Below are positions 50,636 through 63,139 of a stretch of 64,000 nt of DNA, piece after piece. Origin of the DNA: Octopus sinensis (Eukaryota). The stretch covers positions 22,010,001 through 22,074,000 of the forward strand of contig NC_043001.1 in assembly GCF_006345805.1 (NCBI RefSeq). Reading direction: 5' to 3'. The position numbers and the translations under genes were made by a program. Each line of letters begins with the position of its first letter. Position 1 is the stretch's first letter. A model generated the notes under the pieces. That model did not search any database. It saw only the letters and a list, made by a program, of their open reading frames with translations, and was not told where the DNA came from.

Positions 50636-50980
50636 AGTACTCTTTTATTTGTTTCAATCATTTGACTGCAGCCATGCCGGAGCATCGCCTTTACTCGAAC
50701 AAATTGACCCCAGAACTTATTTTATTGGTCTCTTTTGCCGAACCGCTAAGTTATGGGGATGTAAACACCAGCATTGGTTGTGAAGCGATGGTGGGAGATA
50801 AACAGACACCCACACACATATACACACAATGGGCTTCTTTCAGTTTCCATCTGCCGAATCCCCTCACAAGGCTTTGGTTGGCCTGAGGCTATAGTAGAAG
50901 ACACTCGCCCATGTTGCCACGCAGTGGGACTGAACCCGGAACCATGTGGTTGGTAAGCAAGCTATTTACCACACAGCCAT
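50636..50980 (-). mobile_element. SINE family A
   Basis: Reverse-complement head, core and tail. Confidence 0.85.
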
Positions 50981-51543
50981 TATTATTACTTTTACTGTCT
51001 TCAGAATTATATCTCAGTGAAATTTCGCTGTATATCTGAGTATAATTTGCCTTGAGTCTTTATTTGTGAGCATGTTTGTGTATGTATTTGTATATGTACA
51101 TTGCTTCTGTATGTGTTTATGTATATACAGTTTGTGTATGTTTTTATGTGCTGCTTGTGTGCATCTGTGATCACTATATCAATACCATTCATCATAATGT
51201 TGTTTATTTCTATATTATGGAGTCTTTTATATATTTATCTTTTTTTTTTACCATTTCCATTGCTCCCAGTGTTAGGTTTTGCTTCTATTTTCAGTATCTA
51301 TATTCTGGCTGTCTCTATTTCTAAATCTTTTTGTCTGGATTATTTCTCTTTAGACATCTGTTGTTGCCTCTTAGGATTCATATATCTCTCATAACACTTA
51401 ATTATCTTGTGGGCTTTGATTATAAATGGCAAATTGGTCTGTTTGTTATCTGCCATCATCATTATTATTATTATTATTAACCCATGCTAGCATGGAAAGC
51501 GGACGTTAAATGATGATGATGATGATGATGATTATTATTATTA

Positions 51544-52125
51544 TGGCTGACAGAATGGTTAGCATGCTGGGCAAAATGCTCAGTGGTATTTCGTCTGCTG
51601 CTATGTTAGTATGTTACGAGTTCAAATTCTGCCACGGTCAGCTTTGCTTTTCATCCTTCAGGGGGATTAATAAATTAAGTACCAGTTGAGTACTAGGATG
51701 GATGTAATCAACTTGCCTCTTCCCCCAAAATTTCAGGCCTTGTACCCATAGTAGAAAGGATTATTATTAAGGTGACGGCTGGCAGAATCATTACTACGTT
51801 CTGAGTTCAAATTCCACCGAGGTCAACTTTGCCTTTCATCCTTTCGAGGTTGATAAATTAAGTACCAGTGAAACACTGGTGTCGATATAATTGACTAGTC
51901 CCCACCCCACAAATCTGAGGCCGTGTACCTCCTGCAGAAAGGATTATTATTATTATTATTATTATGGCAGCGAGCTGGCAGTATCATTAGCATGCTGGAT
52001 GAAATGCTTTGCAATATTTTGCCCGTTGCTACATTCTGAGTTCAAATTCTGCTGAAGTAGACTTTGCCTTTCATACTTTTGGGGTTGATAAATTAAGTAC
52101 CAGTGAAACACTGGGGTTTATGCAG
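51544..52125 (+). mobile_element. Head-to-tail train of three SINE B-variant copies
   Basis: Repeated ctggcagaat..gagttcaaattc..aagtaccag units separated by (ATT)n. Confidence 0.8.
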
Positions 52126-53974
52126 GGTTACAGAATTAACACAGGTTATAGGAACATAAATCTTCTTCCATGAAAACTAGCTTAAACTGTGCTCTAAATG
52201 GAGGTGTAGTCAAATCCTATTTTATGGACTCAGCCATGTTCTAAAATAAGTTGAAAGGTAAGCTACTAGAAATCGGCACAGACTTTCCGGACAACCCAAT
52301 ATATGCAGTGATTAATTTTCCTGAACTACCTTCATTACATTATCAAATAAGTTACATACAGAAGATTCTGAGCTGTTAAGCTTATTGAGCAATTATATCC
52401 ATTAATTATTGAATGTACATATGAAAATATAGTAATGCAGGTTAATAAAATATTTGCAAAACTGAAACCTTAAAGTTGTCATTGTTTACACACACACACA
52501 CCTGTCCTAACTTGTGAAGATCCTATGGGGAATGTCTGTTTAACCACCATACTAAACCATCAATATCACATGAAAATAGGCTTGATTGTTATTGTAGTCA
52601 TAGAGTTTGCTTTACATCATATAGTATCAGGTTTGATTCCAGTGACCAATATTTTCATCATCACCATTTGGTTTATTGTCCTCTTTTCCATGCTTGTATG
52701 AATCAAATGGAGTTTATTGAAGCAGATTTTTCTATGGTTGGATACCTTCCCTGTTTCCAAGCAAGGCAAAATTTCCCCAAGGTCAGACATTTTTTTGCAG
52801 GATATTGGAAATGAATGGCACTGCTTGTACGACAGCGACACTCATTTACATCTACCACATGGTGTCAAGACAAGGAGACGTAAAATACAAACATACACAT
52901 ACACACATGAGGGGCTTCATTCAGTTTTCATCTACCAAATCCTCTCACAAAGTTTTGGTTAGCCCAGCACTATAGTAGAAGTTACTTACCCAAGGTGCCA
53001 TGAGGTTGGACTGAACTTGGAACCATGTGGTTTGGAAGCAAATGTTTGAACCACACAGCCATGCTTGGAATTTGGTAGATGGAATCTACACAAAAGCCCA
53101 TTATATATATGTATATGTTTATGTGTGAGTGTCATTTGTCAGTTATATGTCTATATTGGCATCGAATATAAACATTGGTGAGAACAAAATAAATAAACTG
53201 GTGCTTTACATACAAAGTTCCTTACATTTGGTTAGATACTGCCTTTTCATTCTCACTGTCAGAAATGTAGTGAACTACTGATTGGCTCCTTGGAAACCTA
53301 GAACCAATGACACCATTGTTGACTAATTGATATAAAATAGAGAAGTGTATGTGACTACTGTCACTAAAGTGACTGCTGTCATATATTCTTCCACCCCATT
53401 TTAATTCCTTTCTCATCCAGAAGAGCACTTAAACTATCAAATGGGATTGTGATCAGCCAGTTGTTAGCATTTTTGTGGCAGACTAATTTCTAATGAGCTT
53501 GGGAGGACAAGTAAATTGACCTTTCAGAGTGGCCATACACTTACTGCTATTGTCATTATTTAAGAAGACTCAGGCAGGACGTTGGCAGACTCATTGCTGT
53601 GCCAGACAAAATGCTTAAGCTGCATGTCTTCTGGCTTTTTATGCACTGAGTTCGAATGCCTCTGAGGTTGAGCTTGTCTTTCCTCCTTTCGGGAGGTGAT
53701 AAAATAAGTACCATGACTTTGCAACTGGGGCCCAGTTAGAATTTTTTTCAAGTTGAGTAGCTCATCCTGCTCAAAAGGTCCCTGAATAAGGGTTGTTTAA
53801 GGATGTTGAATGAAATGCCCATGTTTCCAGGGGTGAATTATTCAAACTCCAAAGAATTTCTCTCAACACATGGCTGTGATTTTCTCTCACTACTTCTGCT
53901 CGTGGTCAGAGATGCATATTTCATCAGCCACTAAGGGACAAGCAAATCTGTGGTATTGAGCAGAATATTATTAT

Positions 53975-54368
53975 TAAGGCAGTGAGCTGACAGAATCGTT
54001 AGCATGCCAGGCAAAATGCTTAGTGGCATTTCGACTATCTTTATGTTCTGGGTTCAAATTCCACTGAGGTCGATTTTGACTTTCATAAAATAAGTACCAG
54101 TGAAGCAATGGGGGCGATGTAATCAACTTACCCCCTCCCCCAAAATTTCAGGCCTTGTGCCTACAGAAAGGCTTATTATTATTAAGGCAGTAAACTGGCA
54201 GAATCATTAGCATGCCAGGTGAAATGCTTAGCAGTATTTCGTCTCCTACATTCTGAGTTCAAATTCGGCTGAGGTCGACTTTGCCTTTCATCCTTTCGGG
54301 GTCGATAAAATAACTACCACTTGAACACTGGAGTTGATGTTACTGCCCTTGTGGCAAAATTTGAAACC
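53975..54368 (+). mobile_element. Head-to-tail pair of SINE B-variant copies
   Basis: Same units as at 51544, separated by ttattattaag. Confidence 0.8.
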
Positions 54369-54381
54369 ATCATCATCATCA

Positions 54382-54460
<79 letters not shown>
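54368..54460. repeat. Compound trinucleotide microsatellite (CAT)n(TAT)n(TAG)n
   Basis: Seen directly. Confidence 0.95.
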
Positions 54461-54666
54461 ATGTAAACAGGTAATTTCTACTCTTCTCCTCTGGAAGCCA
54501 TCTACTCGCAATGCCAGAAGGCGCACACTCTCCTACCCTGATGTAATCTCCAGGGATACAGGCATCCAGCAACAGGATCTCCGTAATGCCATGATGGACC
54601 GTGAAGTCTGGCATAGCATGGTAAATTCCATTGTCTCGACCATGGTCGAACAATGATGATGATGAT
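54460..54666 (+). mobile_element. RTE-like LINE 3' end
   Basis: TLLLWKP..RRRTLSYPDVISRDTG..DLRNAMMDREVW..VSTMVEQ* then (TGA)n. Confidence 0.75.
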
Positions 54667-54821
54667 ATGTAAACAGAATATTATTTTGCTTTTTTTTATG
54701 TTTGTTTTTAGTTACATCTTATATTCCTATAATGGTTAAATATTCTATATGCATATCGCTCATATAGTTTAGCCCAGTCTCTTGGTTTTTCATGGTTTGA
54801 TAGTTTGATAGTTTTTTTACT

Positions 54822-55195
54822 TCTCTTTTACTTGTTTCAGTCATTTGACTGTGGCCATGCTGGAGCACCACCTTTAGTCGAGCAAATCAACCCTAGGGCT
54901 TATTCTTTGTAAGTCTAGTACTTATTCTATTGGTCTCTTTTACCGAACTGCTAAGTTATGAGAACATAAACACACCAGCATCGGTTGTCGAGTGATGTGG
55001 GGGGGGACAAACACACACACATACATATATACGACGGGCTTCTTTCAGTTTCTGTCTACCTAATCCACTCACAAGGCTTTGGTTGGCCCGAGGCTATAGT
55101 AGAAGACACTTGCCCGAGGTGCCAAGCAGTGGGACTGAACCTGGAACCTTGTGGTTCGTAAGCAAGCTACTTACCACACAACCACTCCTTCGCCT
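54822..55195 (-). mobile_element. SINE family A
   Basis: Reverse-complement copy. Confidence 0.85.
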
Positions 55196-55766
55196 ACAAG
55201 TATATTATCAAGGCACGAGGTTTTGTTCCACTTGTTTTCAGAAGTGCAAGGTTACCAGATGATTTTTTTGATGGGGAAACATCATTGAACATAATCATCT
55301 ATGACTCAGTGATTTTTTTTATTTTTGTTTTTTTAATGTAAAGTGCTGAAAACAGATGTGTATGTCTTTGTGTCTGTGTCCCCCACCACTACATGACACC
55401 TGTGTTGGTGTGTTTATGTTCACATGCTAGCATGGAAAGCAGATGTTAAACGATGATGAGGATTATGTAACTTAGCAGTTTGGCAAAAGAGGCTGATAGA
55501 ATAAGTACCAAACTTAAAAGAGAAAAAAAGTAAGCACTGGAGTTGATTCATTTGGCTAAAATTCTTCAAGGCAGTACCCCAGCATGGCCACAGCCTAATG
55601 ACTGAAGCAAATAAAAAAATAACACACACACACACGCACACACACACACACACACACATGAATGACTTTGTACCGATTCCATCTGTCAGTAGGACTGAAC
55701 CTTGGACGTTCTTGATTGTGAAGTTAACTTCTCAACCACACTGCCATACCTGTACCTACACTATCT

Positions 55767-56036
55767 AATCATCATCATCATCATCATCATTTAACGTCCG
55801 CTTTCCATGCTAGAATGGGTTGGATGATTTGACTGAGGTCTGGTGAACCAGATGGCTGCACCAGGCTCCAATCTGATCTGGCAAAGTTTCTACAGCTGAA
55901 TGCCCTTCCTAACACCAACCACTCCGAGAGTGTAGTGGGTGCTTTTACATGCCTCCGGCACGAGGGCCGGTCAGGCGGTACTGACAACGGCCACGCTCAA
56001 ATGGTACTTTTTATGTGCCACCTGCACAGGAGCTGG
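55767..56036 (-). mobile_element. SINE family C
   Basis: Tail, core and subrepeats. Confidence 0.85.
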
Positions 56037-56096
56037 CAAATTTTTAATTAGTTTTTGCAAATGTGTTGAAATTGCTATTTTCAATGAAAGTTTTGA

Positions 56097-56323
56097 CCCT
56101 TTAGCACTCAGATTGCTCTGTCAAATGTAATACTTATTTATTGTCATTGTTTTAAAATAATCATACATTTTAATGTCACTTCAAGATTTCGATGATGTGA
56201 TTGTTTTTTTTTTTTTTTATCTATGACATTGTAGGGTAAGTGTAAGAGGCCTGATCTGGCTTGATTGAACTTAGAACAGGCAAAATATTAGGGCTGGATC
56301 TGACTGGCTTAAATGCTAGAGGG
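56097..56323. mobile_element. piggyBac-like MITE (15172 family)
   Basis: TTGA|CCCTTTAG ... AGAGGG|TTAA. Confidence 0.75.
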
Positions 56324-56420
56324 TTAAAGACTTGTTCTGATTGTTGTTGGGTCAAAATTTGGTATCATGTACATTTTCGTCTTTGGTTTTCCACACACAC
56401 ACACACGCACACGCACACGC

Positions 56421-56452
<32 letters not shown>

Positions 56453-56454
56453 TT

Positions 56455-56720
56455 CTTACCCTGTCATAGTTATGTTTGAAATCTGGTTTAGGCTCTGCCT
56501 GACAAAATATGATTAATTGTTTCCTGATGTTTGTGGCATAATTTACATTTGCCGTGTCCCATTTAGTCTATTTTTCCAGAATGCTTCTTCTGGGTAACCT
56601 TCTGCAATGATTATAAAACTTTTTGGTTTTACTTTTAGATCAGAACTACTCGGTCAGTTTTCACTTCCTTTCAAATTTATCAGCTCCGCTCAATGTTGCT
56701 GATAACCTCAAAGAAGAATT
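56455..56720 (-). mobile_element. R4/Dong-like RLE non-LTR retrotransposon remnant
   Basis: Minus strand KPKSFIIIAE (ETEGFIIAAQDQ-like), then CKLCHKHQETINHILSG (CCHC zinc knuckle); stops and frameshifts present. Confidence 0.55.
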
Positions 56721-56955
56721 TTATTTTGATAGCATTGCTTTCTGTACCTATATCCTTGATTTTCACTAAATGGAAGGGGTTTATTTTTCTTTTGTTTGCT
56801 CTTTCTGCGGATGTGCTGTTTTTGTCCTCAGCAATTTTATGTTGTACCTTTGGATTTTAATCCATAAAAAAATATTTATTTTGTTTACCAAGTAATTAAA
56901 ATCTTTGCCTTTTTATAACTCAGTTCATTTTAATCCAGTTGTAATTATTTAGAAC

Positions 56956-57229
56956 ATTCTGTTGTGTCTGGGGAGAGTCATTTTCTTTTTGTGCCTTATA
57001 ATGTAACACACTCACCAGTAAAATTTCCACTTTTTTTCTTATTTTTATTTTCCTAAAATTTTCGTTGTGTCTTGCAACCTTTTCAATAATCAATACTATT
57101 GAAAAGGTTGCAAGATGCAACGAAAATTTTAGGAAAATAAAAATAAGAAAAAAAGTAGAAATTTTACCGGTGTGTGTGTTACATTATAAGGTACAAAAAG
57201 AAAATGACTCTCCCCAGACACAACAGAAT
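56956..57229. repeat. Near-perfect hairpin, 133-bp arms and 8-nt loop
   Basis: 56956-57088 is complementary to 57097-57229; mirrored ORFs on opposite strands in the ORF track. Confidence 0.95.
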
Positions 57230-57519
57230 ATGCCTCAACACACAAAATCATATAAAGAATCTTGCAAACCATATCCAAAAACGAAATTATTTAGGATAAT
57301 TTTCTGTTTGGTTTTGTCTCCACCTCCTTTGAGGAGAGATGTTGAAGTTTGCTAATGAGAGGCATGGATTGTTCTGAATAGTAAAGTAGTGTATTCATGT
57401 GAGTCAGTTTGGGCAGAAGTTTGTCTAAAACAATTCCAGTTTGCTTGGCTCCAATGAAAAGAAAGAGACAGATATGTTATTAGGATAGTTTGTTGAGTAA
57501 CAAATACGATTTGGTGCTG

Positions 57520-58495
57520 GTTCCATGTACAAAGCTTTGGTGCTGGTGCCATGTTAAAAACACTGGTGCCAGTACCACATAAAATGCACTGCTGCTGGTA
57601 CCATGTAAAAAGCACTGGTGATGGTGCCACGTAAAAAGCACTGGTGCTGGTGCCATGTAAAAAGCTCTGGTGTTGGTGCTACATAAAAAGCTCTGGTGTT
57701 GGTGCTACATAAAAAGCACCAGTGATGGTGCCATGTAAAAAGCTCTGGTGTTGGTGCTACATAAAAAGCACTGGTGCTGGTGCCATGTAAAAAGCTCTGA
57801 TGTTGGTGCCACATAAAAAGCACCAGTGATGGTGCCATGTAAAAAGCTCTGGTGTTGGTGCTACATAAAAAGCTCTGGTGTTGGTGCTACATAAAAAGCA
57901 CCAGTGATGGTGCCATGTAAAAAGCTCTGGTGTTGGTGCTACATAAAAAGCACTGGTGCTGGTGCCATGTAAAAAGCTCTGATGTTGGTGCCACATAAAA
58001 AGCACCAGTGATGGTGCCATGTAAAAAGCTCTGGTGTTGGTGCTACATAAAAAGCACCAGTGATGGTGCCATGTAAAAAGCTCTGGTGTTGGTGCTACAT
58101 AAAAAGCACCAGTGATGGTGCCATGTAAAAAGCTCTGGTGTTGGTGCTACATAAAAAGCACCAGTGATGGTGCCATGTAAAAAGCTCTGGTGTTGGTGCT
58201 ACATAAAAAGCACTGGTGCTGGTGCCATGTAAAAAGCTCTGATGTTGGTGCCACATAAAAAGCACCAGTGATGGTGCCATGTAAAAAGCTCTGGTGTTGG
58301 TGCTACATAAAAAGCTCTGGTGTTGGTGCTACATAAAAAGCACTGGTGCTGGTGCCATGTAAAAAGCTCTGGTGTTGGTGCCACATAAAAAGCACCAGTG
58401 ATGGTGCCATGTAAAAAGCTCTGGTGTTGGTGCTACATAAAAAGCACTGGTGCTGGTGCCAAATAAAAAGCACTGGTGCTGGTGCCATGTGAAAG
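57520..58495 (+). repeat. 26-bp minisatellite (about 37 copies) with higher-order structure, at the 5' end of a SINE C
   Basis: Monomers TAAAAAGCTCTGGTGTTGGTGCTACA and TAAAAAGCACCAGTGATGGTGCCATG with variants; runs into the SINE C core at 58495-58662. Confidence 0.96.
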
Positions 58496-59029
58496 CACCC
58501 AGTACACTCTGTAAAGTAGTTGGCATTAGGAAGGGCTTCCAGCTGTAGAAATCAATCCAAAACAAACTGTGGAACCTGGTACAGCTCCTGGCCTTGCCAG
58601 TTCCTATCAAGCCATCCAACCCATGCCAGCATGGAAAATGGTCATTACATGATGATGATGATAATTGTGGCAGTGGAACTAATAGATGAGCTAACTATTG
58701 AGGTTAATTTTAGTGTTTTATTATTTAGTGTATTATTAAATTAAATTATTTAGTGTATTATTAAATTAATTATTAATTAATTTAATAATAGCTATCTGTG
58801 AGATGAAGATAGGGAAAATAGCAGGTCCATTTGGAAAAGTTATCGAGATATTGAAGACATGAAACTATGTAAATCTGTTTTTTGCTTAGTCAATCTTTCA
58901 GTGCAGGGCAATGTTGTCCCCAGTAATTAGTATATTAGTATCATAGTGAACTGCTATATAGGCAATGGTTATGCACTGGAGAGCGGTATTATAAAAGCTT
59001 CAAACTAAACTGCAGTTTGGTTTTTGCCT

Positions 59030-59930
59030 CAAAAGGTTGCATGTGGTGCCTCTTCCAGAGGCATCACAGATGCATCTTCTCTATCACAGATCAGTTGGGC
59101 TATGACTTTCTCTGTGGCCCTCATAATTTGGTCTAGAAGTTCGATTCCCCCCATAGCTGATTTTCTCCAAGGCATCATCTTTGCCCTTTTAGTAGTTTAC
59201 AATGATACTGCTACACCTGTCATTAGGTATGACACCTTCCTCAATAACTTGATTAACTGTCTGGATAATAATCTTGTACCCCATTTCCTCAGGTATTTTT
59301 ACCCTTTAGCATTCAGATTACTGTCAAATGTAACTTATTTATTCACATTGTTTTGAATTAATCTTGTATTATCTCGTAGCATTGAGATTTCAATGATGTG
59401 TTTGTATATTTTAAGAAAGGTGTGAGAAACTACATCTGGCCAATTTCACCATAAAACATGTAGAATATTTGGGTCAGATATGGTCAATTTAAATGCTAAA
59501 GGGTTAAACATCTCTGCAACTATCCCCGATGACCCATGGCTTTCCTCCTTCTTCATATCCTTAATTACTATCACATTGCTGTCAATTTGAATTGCCAGCC
59601 CCTTTATTGGGTCAACATGTGGTAATCCTTGCATATTCCTTGCATTCCCCACATTCAACGTCCTTTCATAATTGCACTTTCATGCCAGTTTCTTTTGTTC
59701 CATATTGATGTTCCAAATACACTCCTTGCCATAATACCTTGGTTCACTCCACCCTTCAACCTTATCCATTTTGATAGTTTCCCTTCCCATCCCCTCATCT
59801 CCCTCCCATACAATCTTGCAAATCATTCACCTGCTTTTTACTCACCTTGTGCTGGCCACTTTGGAACCTAATTACCATTGTCTGTTTCTTACAGCTCCTA
59901 CAGGCCATTTTCTCTTTTTCTTTTTCTCTC
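59030..59930 (-). mobile_element. Decayed RTE RT remnant interrupted by a piggyBac MITE
   Basis: NQVIEEGVIPND..IIVNY*KGKDDAL..ELLDQIM..EKVIAQLI. Confidence 0.75.
59302..59503. mobile_element. piggyBac-like MITE (15172 family)
   Basis: TTTA|CCCTTTAGCATT ... AATGCTAAAGGG|TTAA. Confidence 0.78.
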
Positions 59931-60082
59931 CTTTCCCTATTAATTGTGAGTAGACATGCAGATCCCCCTCCTCCCTGAAGGATCATGGTCCTGCAAACTG
60001 CACGGTGACCTCACTAGTTCTGGTGCCATGAAAAAAAAAGCACTCAATATACTCTGTAAAGTGGTTGGCATAAGGAAGGTAT

Positions 60083-60416
60083 TGTAAAGCAGTCTTTTGC
60101 CACTGTTGTATCTGTCTCTTGATGACATTTGTCACTCTGACAGATATTGTTATATTCTGAAGTCGTTGTTGATAGAATGCTTCTATCTAACACTGTGTGA
60201 CTGCCAGTCATACAGTGTTATTATCCTCAAAAGACTGGATTGTTTATAACATCCACTCAGTATCACAATATAATTACTATATCAGCACAAGCATGACTAT
60301 CAACACAGTCTTCTCATACTCTTGACCTTTGACCTTCTCTTGACTGGCTATGGTCTGTTTATAATGGCTGGCTACTACCACTTTTTACTGGGAGGGGTGT
60401 ACAGTTACACTATACA
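60083..60416 (-). repeat. 3' LTR of the Gypsy element
   Basis: Begins TGTATAG on the minus strand directly after the polypurine tract; homologous to 63699-64000. Confidence 0.85.
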
Positions 60417-60954
60417 TTTCCCCTTTTAATTTTTTTATTTGACAATCAATTTCTTTTATTCACTCTACCTCAACTTTATATATATATATATATATATATA
60501 AATCCAAACATGAAAACACAAAGAGAAAACACAACAACGCGAGGACGTGGAACAAGTATAGTGTTATTGGACGCTCAGGAAAGGAAAGAAAAAAAAGGAG
60601 GATGTAACGTTTTGAGCGGAGCTCTTTGTCAGAAACATAGAAAAAGGAAAGGTCCAAGGAAGGGAAGACGGAGGAAGAAAATCGCCAACAATACACACGG
60701 TCACATTGAATATATATATACTCAATATCTTTTCTTCTTAGGGTCTGCTTTTAGGAGTTTGGTGTTCTTCCCTTTCCTTGAACCTGAAAATTGCCATATA
60801 GCCAATCCATCAGTATTTCTACTCTTGTTGCTTCCTTTTCTATGACTCTTACCTTCAGTTGATTTCTACATCTCCTTTCCATTCCATTTCTGCTTCTAAC
60901 GCCATACATCATTCTTCCTATATATGTTACAGTTTCTCTTTCCCAGTATTCTCT

Positions 60955-61347
60955 TTCTCTTTTACTTGTTTCAGTCATTTGACTGCGGCCATGCTGGAGC
61001 ACCGCCTTTAATCGAGCAACTCGACCCCGGGACTTATTCTTTGTAAGCCCAGTACTTATTCCATCGGTCTCTTTTTTGCCGAACCGCTAAGTGACGGGGA
61101 CGTAAACACACCAGCATCGGTTGTCAAGCAATGCCAGGGGAACAAACACAGACACACAAACAAACACATATATATATATACATATATACGACAGGCTTCT
61201 TTCAGTTTCCGTCTACCAAATCCACTCACAAGGCATTGGTCGGCCCGGGGCTATAGCAGAAGACACTTGCCCAAGATGCCACGCAGTGGGACTGAACCCG
61301 GAACCATGTGGTTGGTTAGCAAGCTACTTACCACACAGCCACTCCTG
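60955..61347 (-). mobile_element. SINE family A nested in the Gypsy element
   Basis: Reverse-complement head, core and tail; many CpGs intact. Confidence 0.88.
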
Positions 61348-62237
61348 CTGGCCATTTTTGTACATTCTTACATATATCTTATCACCGATTCTAAAGAATT
61401 TTGGCATGTCTTTATTAGCATGTACTTTTTACGCCACTGGTAACAGTTTATTGAATACTGACTTCACCTTTCTGCTGGTGAACTTCCTTCTGGTACATTT
61501 GGGTTTGGAGTTACCCTGTATACCCATAAGTATTGTTGGATCATGACCTCCTCTTGTGCCTTCCTTATTAGCTTTCTTTAAAGCCCTCTTAAAGGTGTCC
61601 ACGAACCTTTTGGACCTTCCATTCAATCTAGGGTGGTACGATGCTATAGTTTTATGTTTGACTGAGGGCTGGCAAGCCTGAAGGCTGCACCAGGCTCCAA
61701 TCTGATCTGGCAGAGTTTCTACAGCTGGATGTCCTTCCTAACACCAACCACTCTGAGAGTTACACTATTGCACAAAACACTTATGGATGTATCCCATAAA
61801 TTAAATTCCTTCACATATTCAGTGCCAAATAAATTCATGGATTTTTTTCAACACATAAACATTCATTCTTTTTGGTTCGACCTTTGAACATTATATTATT
61901 ACAAATGCATTCGCTGTGAAATATAATCTTCTTCCAGAAGCACCATACGCTATTTTGTTTGAACTACATAATTTTGGCTTACCCATTTGTTCCCATGTTT
62001 TCTCATTTATGATTGTGATATCACTTCTTGTGTCTAATTGCATTCTGACACTAATGTTTTCAATTCTCATATTCACGAATTTTCTGTTTGTTGAAGTTAC
62101 AACATTCCTGTTGACAAACCCTTTTTATTTTTTCTTGTTTGTTCCATTTTTCTAACATTCTAGTTTTGCCGTGTGATTTTATGTCCTGTAAACCTGCAAT
62201 GAAAACACTTTGCTTTTTTATATGGACAATCTTTTTT

Positions 62238-62490
62238 TAGGTGCCGGTGGCACGTAAAAAGCACCATCTGATCGTGGCCGTTTGCCAGCCTCGTCTGGCA
62301 CCTGTGCCGGTGGCACATAAAAAGCACCCACTACACTCATGGAGTGGTTGGTGTTAGGAAGGGCATCCAGCCGTAGAAACACTGCCAGATCAGACTGGGC
62401 CTGGTGCAGCCTTCTGGCTTCCCAGACCCCAGTTGAACCGTCCAACCCATGCCAGCATGGAAAGCGGACACTAAACAATGATGATGATGA
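62238..62490 (+). mobile_element. SINE family C nested in the Gypsy gag zinc-knuckle region
   Basis: Subrepeats, core and (TGA)n tail interrupting gag. Confidence 0.85.
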
Positions 62491-63139
62491 TCCCACCACA
62501 TGCCATACATGGGTCTACATCCCAATATTTTTTCTGTTTTTCCTGCAATACTTTATTTGTTTCTGACTTTTTTGCACTGGTCTTATTTGGAAATACTCTT
62601 TCCATTGAATTTCTTCTGTGTCCTGCCTTAATTTTAATATCCTGTTACACTCTTCCGACAGTTTCTGCAATGTCAAATCCTGGTTCATTTCTAGTTTTGA
62701 TAGAATTTTGGTTTGGATTTCTGCATCCCTTCTATCTGTCAATCCTTGTGCAAAAATCAACCACCTTAAAGAATCTGGAGTCAGCATATCCAGCCTAAAT
62801 CCCTCACATTCTTTGTTGACTTGACCTGTGTAAGTAGTGAAGTCATCTTCGCTCTTTTCCATGTTTAAACGTTCCCATGTAGTATTAAACACTGAGCTCT
62901 TTTCACTAAACATTTTGCACAAAATGTCAACTGTGCCAGGGAAATTTATGTCAGATGCTTTTCTTTGGCAATATGAAGTTACTATACTTCTAATGCTCTG
63001 CTGTCGCCAGTGTTCTTAAAACTAGATACGTTTTCATATCATCCACCCAATCCTGGCATTTTTTTCCAAACATTTGTTGAAATCTTCAAAAGTAAGCCTC
63101 GAAGGCTACTCCTTCATCAGGGTCATATTTGAATTCACA

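Noticed and set aside
53420-53515. Possible cassette exon after ttcctttctcatccag
   Set aside because: Stops occur in the frames examined and there is no actin-family similarity
57520-58495. CRISPR-like array or repeat-protein ORFs (57554, 57757, 58095, 58199, 58303)
   Set aside because: Units are contiguous with no unique spacers, no cas genes are present and the context is eukaryotic; the ORFs are by-products of a stop-free minisatellite
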